Source of the DNA: Moniliella sp. 'wahieum'
Lineage: Eukaryota
Direction of reading: 5' to 3'
Length of the DNA: 64,000 nt
NCBI GenBank assembly: GCA_003971905.1
Contig: RSEE01000015.1
Span: 682,001-746,000 of the forward strand
How positions within the stretch are numbered: position 1 is the first letter of the stretch; every line of letters begins with the position of its first letter. A program made the position numbers and the translations under genes. Of the stretch, positions 54,422 to 64,000 are shown piece after piece. Below the pieces are notes generated by a model that was not told the DNA's origin, ran no database searches, and saw only the letters and a list, made by a program, of their open reading frames with translations.

Positions 54422-56398
54422 TGTCACGGGCGGTCGCCGCCAGGGGGGCTGCCCGGGGAGGGGGGGGCTATATTTAGGGGTACTGTCACGGGCTGCAGCG
54501 GACTCGAGATGGTCCGGTCCAAGCTAAGGCCCGCCTGCTCCACGCATATGTTCAGTAGAGCCTGCTCCGCAGGCTAACCAAGTGTGATGATGGTTGGCTA
54601 AATTAAGTGCCGTGGCCCGAAGGGCCATGCACCCGCGCGACAGTAGTCGCCCCCCCCGCCCAAGTCCAAGTTGGCTGACCTAAATGAAGGCCGCCGAGCT
54701 TCCCATGTCGTCGCGATGACTGTCGCCCCGTCCGTTTCCTTTTCTTTTCTCGGTCGCGCCTGCGGCGACCCCCCCGCTTTTGACGTGTCTTCCTTTCTAC
54801 ACCCCCTCTTGCATCCGTTTCCCTTTTGATCTTGCCTGTACCCCTGGTTGATGGGGCTTCATTCCCCCGCCTTCCATTCTCGTCAACCCCCCGTCTACCC
54901 CTCTCGCCTATCCTGTCCGACTCCTACCCGTTTTCCAGCCAATTGATCCAATACAGGCAACCTCCTCTTGTTAGCGTCCGACTTCTCCGACCTCGTATTC
55001 CAGCAATCCGTCAGTCCAATCGCGTGAGCCCTCCTCTCGCCGGGTCGATTTCCAGTCAGTTGAGGCAGTGTTTGTCTCCCTCTGCCTCCTCCCGTCCCTA
55101 AGTCTCGGAGGCTTCAGGCACGTTACTACGGCCCGAACCGGTGCAGACGCAGCCTTCCCACAACAGCAGCCGCCCCACCAAAGGCCTCTCCTCGTCCCTA
55201 GCTCCGCTCGGATGCACCAGCCCACCCAAGCCCGAAACTACCGTGAGTCGACCTACCGTCGCCTAAGAGATTGCACCCCAAAACCCCAGGGCGGGCCCCC
55301 TGGCGCTGCCCGCCCGTGGCAGGTACAATCCCTTGGATGCCCTAAGGTCGACTCAGTATTTACGTGCTTGGGCTGATTGGTGGGTCCGGGCTGGGATAGG
55401 GACAAGAAGAGGCCTCTCGGCGGATATCAGGCGTTTGCAAGCCTGTCAAGGCTCCGCAGCACTGCGTTGGCTAGTAGTAACGTGTCTGAAGCCCACAGCG
55501 GTGGACAAACAGTAGTGCTAGAAGTGGATCTGGACTGGGACTGTATGGGGGTAGCGTGGCTGGAAGCGGGATCACACGCGGTTAAACTGAGCTGAGCTTC
55601 GACATGGCAAGTGGAGGGAACATGCGAACTGGGTTTTGACTATGATGGACGGAGAGCTGGAGGACGAGGTCGGGAATTAAGCGGAGGATCAACTAAAAGG
55701 GGAAGTTGCCTGTACTGGGTTGATGAATTGGCGAGGGCATTAGGGGGAGACGCCAATGAGTCGTGGGGGAAACCCCCACGAACCATTGCTAGATACAGGG
55801 ACTCATAGGGAAACAACGCAACTGAGGAAGAACTTGGGACAAGGGAAAACAGGGGGAGAGTTGACGCGCGGATCACCTAGACAGGTAACGTAAAGAGAAC
55901 GGGGCGACTATGGCCTCAAAGTAGGATACTGACGATTCGGTGTGGCCACGCGGTGGTTACCAATTCACTGGGGGAGGAGACTATTGTCGCGCGGATACGT
56001 AGAACCGGTGATGGCACGGGTGGGCACGCTACCAACTATCGGACTGGATTGAATTTGGGAGAGAGCCCTCGGTGAGCAGACAGGCCTCAGCGCCTTAGCA
56101 GAGATCGGATCAGACCGGATTTCCCGATGACCAGGATGACCAACCTGGGGAAGAGGTTAGGAAGGCGAAGGGAGCGCGCAAGCTCGGCAGAGGGCTTGCC
56201 AGCCCGACTTCGCCTGCGATAGAAGCCTAGGGGAAGAAGAGGTGCTGAAGGAGGAGGAGAGAATATTAGAGGATGTGGTTCTGAGGAGAGGTACAGGAGG
56301 TTATGAGAAGGGTAGGGTAATATATAGCGGAGGGTACCGGGGAGCAGTTGGAGAGTCTGGGCGGATAAGAGAGGGGTGATTGGGGCATCGCCCCAACA
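54422..56398 (-). mobile_element. Host LTR-like sequence in the opposite orientation, split by the 54484-55321 insertion
   Basis: 55322-~56120 is a diverged reverse complement of 54500-55280; its terminal part continues at 54483-54422 ending ...CCGCCCGTGACA; distal boundary TGTTGGGG at 56398 uncertain. Confidence 0.6.
54484..55321 (+). mobile_element. Solo LTR (838 bp) with GGTAC target-site duplication, inserted into a related LTR
   Basis: TGTCACGGGC...GCCCGTGGCA termini; GGTAC at 54479-54483 and 55322-55326; strand tentative. Confidence 0.8.
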
Positions 56399-57014
56399 AG
56401 AGGTGGCATCAACATCATATAATAGACAATACTGGTCTTTCCCCTCCCTCTTTTCCCCGTTATTTTCCTGACGGACCTATGGCTCTTTTCGCTTCCCACC
56501 TGACTTGTTCCATGGCCTGTTCTCTTGGTTCTTCTCGATGAGCACTTCCTACATTGCCAACGGCCTTTTGTCTCGACTATATATCGTTTCCCTCGCCTCA
56601 AGCCTCTGACCTCATGATGAGACGGTTTTTTGAAAGCGGCCATGCCGTTCTGATGGGAATATGATGATGTGACGGAGAGGGAGAGAGGAACAATTCACAG
56701 GGAATGAATTCTTTTTGAGACGTGACTAGTTAGGAATAGTGGCCCTGGATGGGACCCATGCCCCCCCCCCCATCCCCACATACATTCGACAACTGCCAAG
56801 TATAAAACACAGCACAATGCTATCAGCGTTGTGGCGTTAATGAAAAACGTCAGATGCGGAGTAACAGGAAAAGCATGGCATGAAAATGTAGGATTGAAGC
56901 TTGAAGTTTGAAATGTGAAAGATTGATCGTGTGATCACCGACCATTAACCATTATGCATCCCAAGGGAATAAAATCGGCTGAAATGGCCTGCACTTTTTA
57001 CCTCAGCTGCCCCG

Positions 57015-57245
57015 TGACACGTTCGCAGCCACCCGCAGCCAGAGTATCGGTGATATTATTTGCCCTCTCCAGCGTGGAAGGGTTCCAGCGTGGAACGGTG
57101 GACCGGGGGGCCGGTGGCTAAGGTGGCGAAGGGGAACGGTGGTTAAGGTGGCGACGGGGGGACGGTGGCTAAGGTGGCGACGGGGGAACGGTGGCTAAGG
57201 TGGCGACACAGCAGACCGGGCCGTAGGCCCGGTGGTCTCCTCGTT
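57015..57245 (+). mobile_element. Helitron/Helentron-like 3' terminus with internal minisatellite (copy B)
   Basis: (GGGAACGGTGGCTAAGGTGGCGAC)n, hairpin ACCGGGCC-GTA-GGCCCGGT (57215-57233), terminal CTCG|TT; inverted copy of 30625-30832. Confidence 0.6.
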
Positions 57246-57414
57246 AACATGCATAACAATCGATGATTTGCGGGATCCTTTTCCATTTTTTCCCTGACCG
57301 GCTGACCAATCAATTACGCATTACTAAGATGCACAGTAGGGTTATTACTTTTCAAGCGTAGGAAGAGCACTTTTCGGGTCCCGCCTTTGACTAACCACAA
57401 CCACCTTTTCGACC

Positions 57415-57687
57415 ATGACTTCTTTCTTGCGGATAGCCACCAAGCCGCGTAATAAACGTGCTGTGACCAGTCTTGTGTTCGGCGCTACGTTTGTTGCTGC
57501 TGTGGGTGTGGTGGCTGCCTCACCCGCACTGCCCTGCCCTGCCCGGCCCTTGGGCCATGGACAAGTGGCTCTCGACGATCGAGAACAGCAAGTGATCCGT
57601 GCGCCACTTCCATGTCAAGCCGGGGAAAAGGTACCCCTATCCTCAGCTGCAAGGCATCGCTGGATCGAAATTGCCCCTAGCAAGTAA
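57415..57687 (+). CDS. COA2: Cytochrome c oxidase assembly factor Coa2-like small protein
   Basis: RNKRAVTSLVFGATFVAAVGVVAASPALPCPA resembles the yeast Coa2 pattern (RNK..hydrophobic helix..LPCPA). Confidence 0.6.
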   Translation: MTSFLRIATKPRNKRAVTSLVFGATFVAAVGVVAASPALPCPARPLGHGQVALDDREQQVIRAPLPCQAGEKVPLSSAARHRWIEIAPSK

Positions 57688-58199
57688 CGTGTCACCTCGG
57701 ACCCTCTGTGCATTTGGGTCATCCACTCAAGCAGTGCACAGGTTGCCATTGTTATTACCCGTACGTTGAATAATTGCTCCACTCGGTCCCATCCTTTCTA
57801 TGATGTTTTTTATCATACATGTTAGACTACTGAGGCCCTTTTCACGGTTACCTTGGCGACAAATTCTTGTCTGATCCCTCTTGCCGTTTGCGTGTGTGCT
57901 CATTGAACGATGGTGCTAACTTCACTCTACTCTGCACAGTGTTTTCGCCTTTACCTGGCTCTTTCCTGTTCCTGCTCTGCAACGTGTATTTTATACATCA
58001 TCCTTCCACTACGTCCTTGCGCGTGTACCTCAGCTGGTTATGGGCCATGCTTCTGCTTTCCATAAGTTATACTCTGTGTGAGCCTAGCTTCCCACACTGG
58101 GTTAATCGCATAATTGCAGGCACGGGCATGTTGTGAAGGAGCTCACAACACAACTCGTGCAAAAATAAGTTCCCAGCCATGGCAACAATGAGCAAGGAT

Positions 58200-58630
58200 T
58201 CAAGAACTGGAAGTTGCATGCTCCTTGAGCACGGCCTCGGCCGTCGCAAGGAGTTGTGTCGCGTTGGCCACCGCTTCACTTTTCGCCACGGCAGGGTCCG
58301 CAACAGAATTGTCCTGTGGAGGCCAGTAGAAATGGCAGTCAGCTTGTGCGACAAAAGAAGCAAATTGGGACGTACTAGAAGAGTCTTGATGTTAGTAACA
58401 GCCGCCTCAAGCCGTTGCGCAGTGTCGGGGATCATGGCGCGTGCTTGGGCGACAACGGTGCGTTGCTGACGAAGCTTGGGCTCATCGTATCCCCCTTGTT
58501 CCCACTTGTCCAGCGTGGCTTGCTCAGAAGCAGATTCCGACTTGTAGTAACCCACCTCCTTGGTTAGGCGCTTGACAACCCCAGATTGAATCGAGATTTG
58601 ACGCTCAACGCGGGCGGCATCAGAGGACAT
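58200..58630 (-). CDS. RBL2: Tubulin-binding cofactor A
   Basis: RQISIQSGVVKRLTKEVGYY...LRQQRTVVAQARAMIPDTAQRLEAA; intron ~58313-58375; last exon DNSVADPA...KEHATSSS*. Confidence 0.88.
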
Positions 58631-59527
58631 GGCGGCAGACGGTGGAGCAAGAGCAGCGACGATGGCGGCTGAGGCTCAGCCTCTCGGCCTCATTTGGCTG
58701 GGCACAAGCCAACTTGACGTGGTGGCGCATGGCGCTTAATTGCCCCATTCCGCCCAGTTCCGCCGGTAGATGCACTGATGGAGGGTTGCTGGTTACCGGT
58801 CACCGGTCACCGGTCACCTATCGATTACGTGGAAGTCCTATCGATTATGGCGGTCGATTATTTTTTGCTTGAAAACATGCGGCTCACCGGGCTCACCGGC
58901 CACCACTCACCACTGTGCCTTCACGCCTTTGGTCTGAAGACTTATTTGCACCTGGATCCCGAAGGATCCACGAGTGTTCCCAAGTCGCACTCCAACAGCC
59001 TTCAAGCGTCACGCCTGCCTATTATTCAATGTCTCCTCCATAGGTCCAGCATCCTCAACGTAGTCCTCCGTAAGTTCGGCAGTTCAGCATATATATTCCA
59101 ACGGGGCTCTGCTGTCCCTAGTTGAACCGCAGGACTACCCGAGCATTTTCCCACTCTGACCTTTCCCCACAGTCCTTGTCAGCGTGTCCCATGTGGAAGA
59201 CGAACGGAAGTGAGGGAGAGATGTGGTTGTTCTATTCCAAGAAGAAGCGTCTCGACACAGGAAGGATATACAGAGGGGAGAGGCGAACAGGAAGGTGTGA
59301 TTACAGTGGGCCTTCCTCTTGTGAGATATCTGCCCAACCTTGCCGTTCCTATCTGATTCACTCCCACTAACTGCATCTTCGGTAGTCATTGGCAGAGGCG
59401 AGATAACTCTTACGCCCGTTTAACGACATACACTGGAGGAAGCCCCCCTCCTCTTATCTAAGCCGTTAACAATATGGAAGCCAACTAATATATAGTTTGT
59501 ACGTTTTCCCACTCATCGCATTCTACT

Positions 59528-61315
59528 CTACCCGTGCAAAAGAGTTGCGGGCGAAAGGATAGTCTTGGGACGAACGTACTCTTGGTACTGGGAATGACTG
59601 AGACGACGCAAGGCGGGGCCCATAAGATCCCATAAGACAAAAGACCGGTCTCCAACCATTTGCCAGTGGTGCAAGTGCAGATACACGGAGGTGGGCGTGA
59701 TAGCAACACGGAAGACAGTCGGAAAGGGAGAGTCGCATTCCTCCTGCATTTGTTGCAACACATCTGCTTGTGCTTGTGCGTATCCGGGTTCCCATCGCGA
59801 GAGGGAAAGATAGTCAATCGTGTACGCGTGCAATGCTTCCGGATTGAGCGTCGCTTGTGCGGTACCCCATTCGATAATCACCACTACACCCGCGGTGGTG
59901 CTGAGGACAGCCCGCGTCCCAAGGACATCAAGCGCCAAGTCCCCGGTCCCTGATGAAAATGGTCGACCCTTAAACAATTCATCTAGGCGGTAGCAGGCGC
60001 GTAGACCACTGGGGCTCATATCTGACGGAAGAAGTACCACATCCTGCTCCGTGATGATGATGAGCATGTTCCCAACCATCCGGAAGCATGCAGGACGGAA
60101 GCGCAGGGCAGGTTCCTCCAATAGCATGGTAATCAGTTAATGGAGAGAAGAGCTGTGATTCAACGTACCTGTACACCTTTGGCCAGCGTTATCACGAGCG
60201 GTGAGCCTGGTTTTGCTAGCTGCAGGTTGTAAATTGGCGTGGGAGGCATATTATCCTCCAATCGCCAGAGACGTTGACCATTAAGATTGTAACCGCACAA
60301 TTCTTGAATCGACATGGGCACGCCAACGCAGAGTATGTTGCCGGATAGACTAACCGCCATTTCCATCACACGATCCAAGGGAAGATCAACTGCGCGATGA
60401 AGCGCACCAGTCTCGGTAGACCAGAAAGTTAGCCATCCCGTGCTATGCACCCTGCACTTTGGGGTTAGCTATTTCCCAGCAGCTCGCGAACAGAAGGGGA
60501 TCCACAGCCGTACAATACAACCTCGTCATCATTCCGGAGACGAGCCACCACAGTCCCATCTCGTCCGCTATCGACCTTGTCCAGATCTAGGTCCACATGG
60601 AAGCGGTAACCTTGAACAGGGTCATACTTATAAAGCTTGACTGCGAGGATGTTGTACGTCGGCTTGTTCCTCGTCCACAAGGCAAATGTGTAGGCGACGA
60701 CCAGATAGTCTCCAGAAACGTCCCTAGACAGATAACGAACCATATTGGGAGGCAATTCCTCCCCCGGTGGAACTCCCATGGGCACATCCTGAGTGTCCAG
60801 ATGCACCATCCACCAATCCCACTTAGTTCCTTGTGACAAACCATCCGTGCACGCGGAAGGATGAGAAGTTCAGGGGAAATGCCAAAAACAGATGCCTGGT
60901 CACGTGGATGTACGGGGGCCAAGTTCTCCCCTGTCGCATCCGGCCACATCCCTGCTGGGAAGCGTCGCCCAGTGCGGGTGAGCAGGTGGATCAACTTGAG
61001 CTTGCCGCCGGTCCATTCTTCCTGCAAGAACCAGAAAAGCGTTGCATATTCCCTCCAGCTCCTGACAGAAGAGAGGACATGCGTTTCGTCCTCCTCCTTC
61101 CAAGCAGCTTTGACATCCTCCAGGGCCACGACTTGGCCAGCAAGCGAACGAGGCAGGGTGCGGATTCCTATCCGACGCCATACCTCTTCATCCTGCACCA
61201 GTGCGCGGCATTGACGCCCCACCCTTTCCGTCCGAGCCAAGTCAGTGGGGCTGAGTACAGGGTCGGAGAGAACGTCGTAGATGATCTCAACCGGCAGGCG
61301 GGCAAAGACATCCAT
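59528..61315 (-). CDS. F-box protein with beta-rich C-terminal region (multi-exon/frameshifted; 3' end approximate)
   Basis: N-term FARLPVEIIYDVLS..LSPTDLARTERVGRQCRALVQDEEVWRR is an F-box; successive downstream minus ORFs 60839-59528 look coding. Confidence 0.7.
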
Positions 61316-61960
61316 GATAGTGGGGGAGGCTGGGTGGGCGTGATGGTGTGCTTAAGATGACAATAGTGCATCTTACGGGGGCAAGCCCAATCATTACTCA
61401 GTGACCAGTCCGGTCCGTCGGTGTCCGGCGACCGGTGAACCACCTCCAACCACTCCGGCTTTGAACGATAAACATTTTGAACATTGGATGTTGTCATCGA
61501 TAATCATTCCGCCCGCAGTAGCATCATGTGGAAGGGAGAGTATTGGTACTACTCGGGGGCAAGTCCCACCTATAGGGGTCCGCCTTATGACACTTTTCCC
61601 CCTCCTCGCCAGCAACCAATCCCCTCATCTGACTACTTGGCTAGACTACCAAGATTACATGCAACTATGTCCTCCACATCTCTTTATCCATCACCACCAC
61701 TCCTGGCGACTCTCTTTCTAGGCATCGCGAAGAATTTGCTAACGAAAGCATCCCTTTTACTAAACCTGCCATTGCCAACCATACACCCATCTGGCAGGTG
61801 AGCGCATACAATGCATAAGATTGTGTTTTGACCACGACCAACACTGGCAGTAGAGAAAAAGTGCATGCTCGTCGCCTGCGCCAGAGCAACGGTCATACCG
61901 ACGGGAGAAGGGGACAGGAGGGGGTGGGAGGAGATAAAGGTCCTGGCAGACCAAGGAAGC

Positions 61961-62856
61961 TTAGAGCTCGCCAGCAGCGAAGGCAGCCTTCTTGGCGGCA
62001 ATGCGTTCCTTGCGTTGCGCGTAGGTGAGCTTGACCTGCTTGAACTTGAGCGACTCCTTCTTCCAGTGCTCCACGTCCTTCTTCGTAGGCTCGAAGTCAG
62101 GGTTTTCCCGGATTTGCTCGTAGGCCTTCTCGTAAATCTCCTCAATGTCGTCAGAGGAAATGTCGTCGGCGAGGTAGGAAGCAAAGTGCTTCTTGAACCG
62201 CTCGTCATCCTCCTCCTCGAGCGACTCCATAAACTCAGCAACGTGACCGCCGAAGATGTAGTTACGCAGCACGTCAGCGTCAAGCTCCTTCTCCTCGGCG
62301 TCGTAGCCAGGGAAACGCTTGGGCGAGTGGGGCACAAAGAGGCCACCGTCCGAAGCACCCTTCATCGCGGCAAACACACGCGAGCCAGTGGAGGTGCGCT
62401 TGAGACCAACGTCGAGGAATACCTTGAAGGGACGGGGAGCGCCCTCCTCATCCAGGGCCTCCGTCTCGGTGAACTCACCATCGGGCTCCGCAACACCCTC
62501 GTACTTCTCGTCCAAGCCAAGCTTCTTAAGAGCACGCGGGCAACCAGGAGACCCGTGGCGTAGGCAGCAGTCCAGTTAGACAAGCCGTGGTTGATGCCGT
62601 ACTTAGGGAGCTCCTTGGAGTGGGCGTGGGCAAACACCACGTCGCCCTGGATCTTGGCCGCAACGATTTGCACCGTCACGTACTTGTTGGAGAAACGGAC
62701 GACCAGGCGGTACTTGGGGGCATTGTACTTGTTCTTGGCCTGCGTCACCAGAGCGCGGCGAGCAGCGAAGTCTGTCTTCCCCTCACGACGACGGCGGTAC
62801 TTAACTTGGTACCGCGAGAAGTAGGCGGACGTCTTTACTTGCTTAACGAACGCCAT
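61961..62856 (-). CDS. RPL5: 60S ribosomal protein uL18 (L5)
   Basis: [55 protein letters not shown]/..[18 protein letters not shown]; 1-bp frameshift ~62537. Confidence 0.97.
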
Positions 62857-63141
62857 TTTGGCTGGAATGGGTGCCTTGACGGGGTGGCTCAACAGAACGG
62901 CAGACGAATCAGGGGATATGGCAAGAGCATAACCCTATTGTCTCCACCAACTTGACTGACGCAGAAGACGATGTAGATACCATACTGGCGCAGTGGCGGA
63001 CGAGGCCGAAAAACGGCGGTGCTGCGGCGTATCAATTTCTAGGGTTATTTTCATCGCCTCTCTTCGCAACTTGGATTGACGCTCTGCCGGGGCTCAGCTG
63101 CTTGCTGCTCGCCAGACGCCAGACGCCAGCCACAGCCAAGG

Positions 63142-63750
63142 ATGGGTGCCTACACGTACCTCCAGACGCTCTACAACAACAAGCAGTCGGATGTGCTCCG
63201 GCTGCTCTTCCGCCTCCGCTGCTGGGAGTACCGCCAGCTCAATGCCATCCACCGCGCTTCGCGCCCCTCGCGCCCCGACAAGGCCCGCCGTCTCGGCTAC
63301 AAGGCCAAGCAAGGCTACGTGATCTACCGCGTGCGTGTTCGCCGCGGCAACCGCAAAAAGCCTGTGAGCAAGGGTATTACCTACGGTAAGCCCGTGCACC
63401 AGGGTGTCAACCACCTTAAGTACCAGCGCACCCTTCGCTCGACGGCCGAAGAGCGCGTGGGGAAGAAGTGTGGCAACCTGCGCATCCTCAACTCGTACTG
63501 GATCAACCAGGATGGTATCTACAAGTACTACGAGGTGATTGCCGTCGACCCGTCCCACAAGGCCATCCGCCGTGATGCGCGCATCAACTGGATTGTCGGC
63601 CAGAAGCACCGCGAGTCGCGTGGCCTCACTGCCACGGGCAAGAAGAGCCGTGGCCTGGGCAAGGGTCACCGCTTCAACAAGACCCAGCACGGTGGCAAGA
63701 ACGCCACCATCAAGAAGCGCGATACGCTCTCTCTCCGCCGCTACCGTTAA
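63142..63750 (+). CDS. RPL15: 60S ribosomal protein eL15
   Basis: [54 protein letters not shown]. Confidence 0.98.
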   Translation: MGAYTYLQTLYNNKQSDVLRLLFRLRCWEYRQLNAIHRASRPSRPDKARRLGYKAKQGYVIYRVRVRRGNRKKPVSKGITYGKPVHQGVNHLKYQRTLRSTAEERVGKKCGNLRILNSYWINQDGIYKYYEVIAVDPSHKAIRRDARINWIVGQKHRESRGLTATGKKSRGLGKGHRFNKTQHGGKNATIKKRDTLSLRRYR

Positions 63751-64000
63751 TTGCCCTATTGACTGCGATGGAAGGGGCCTCGTGTCTGTGCTCGGGGTCC
63801 CATTTGCGGGATTGGCCTGTTGTGCTCGAATGGCAGTCGTTGTTGCTGGATTCCGTACAGCTATGTTCCGGGGCGCATGTGCCTGCCTGGAACTATGGGG
63901 CTAGGCGCTGTCCCCTTCAGAGTTCACGTCCCCCACTTGGGTGGGGCGGAAGTCGAAAACAAAATCCCATGGCACTCATCCTTTCCCTTACCCCTATCGG

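Noticed and set aside
54484..56140. Rod-like viroid/obelisk/retrozyme-type RNA insert
   Set aside because: Symmetry is explained by an inverted LTR-in-LTR insertion with a GGTAC TSD; mismatches are not biased to G-U pairs on one strand and no hammerhead core was seen
30625..57245. Starship-type giant transposon
   Set aside because: No DUF3435 tyrosine-recombinase captain at either end and no direct-repeat target site seen
61865..63690. Long antisense ORFs opposite RPL5/RPL15 (and opposite LYS12 and the RT)
   Set aside because: Shadow ORFs caused by strong GC3 codon bias

Overview
Eukaryotic, GC-rich fungal genomic DNA, most likely a basidiomycete and probably Ustilaginomycotina (short GT-AG introns with CTRAC branch sites; zinc-finger-less White collar-1). 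Two gene-dense housekeeping blocks flank a gene-poor, repeat-rich island of about 28 kb (about 29-57.3 kb). The left block (1-28.4 kb) holds cystinosin/ERS1, mito uL11, LYS12, a Rec8/Rad21 kleisin, NDUFAF5, MDJ1, an HPD-less J-like protein, DPM1, a divergent forkhead gene, a Nud1-like LRR protein, URC4/DUF1688, PEX2, ISA2 and a membrane protein. The right block (57.4-64 kb) holds a COA2-like gene, TBCA, an F-box gene, RPL5 and RPL15. The island carries a LOV/PAS WC-1 photoreceptor, a small secreted repeat protein, a CRE-clade (RT + restriction-like endonuclease) non-LTR retrotransposon, solo LTRs (one nested in inverted orientation in a relative, giving a ~1.7 kb quasi-palindrome) and a dispersed repeat family. 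It is bracketed by two inverted copies of a Helitron-like hairpin terminus. Non-coding regions, especially upstream of genes, show a recurring 7-bp grammar of a palindromic tetramer plus a T-N-A linker. Many conserved genes carry 1-bp frameshifts, most likely long-read assembly errors, so gene ends are approximate. All homology calls are from motif recognition by eye, not database searches.
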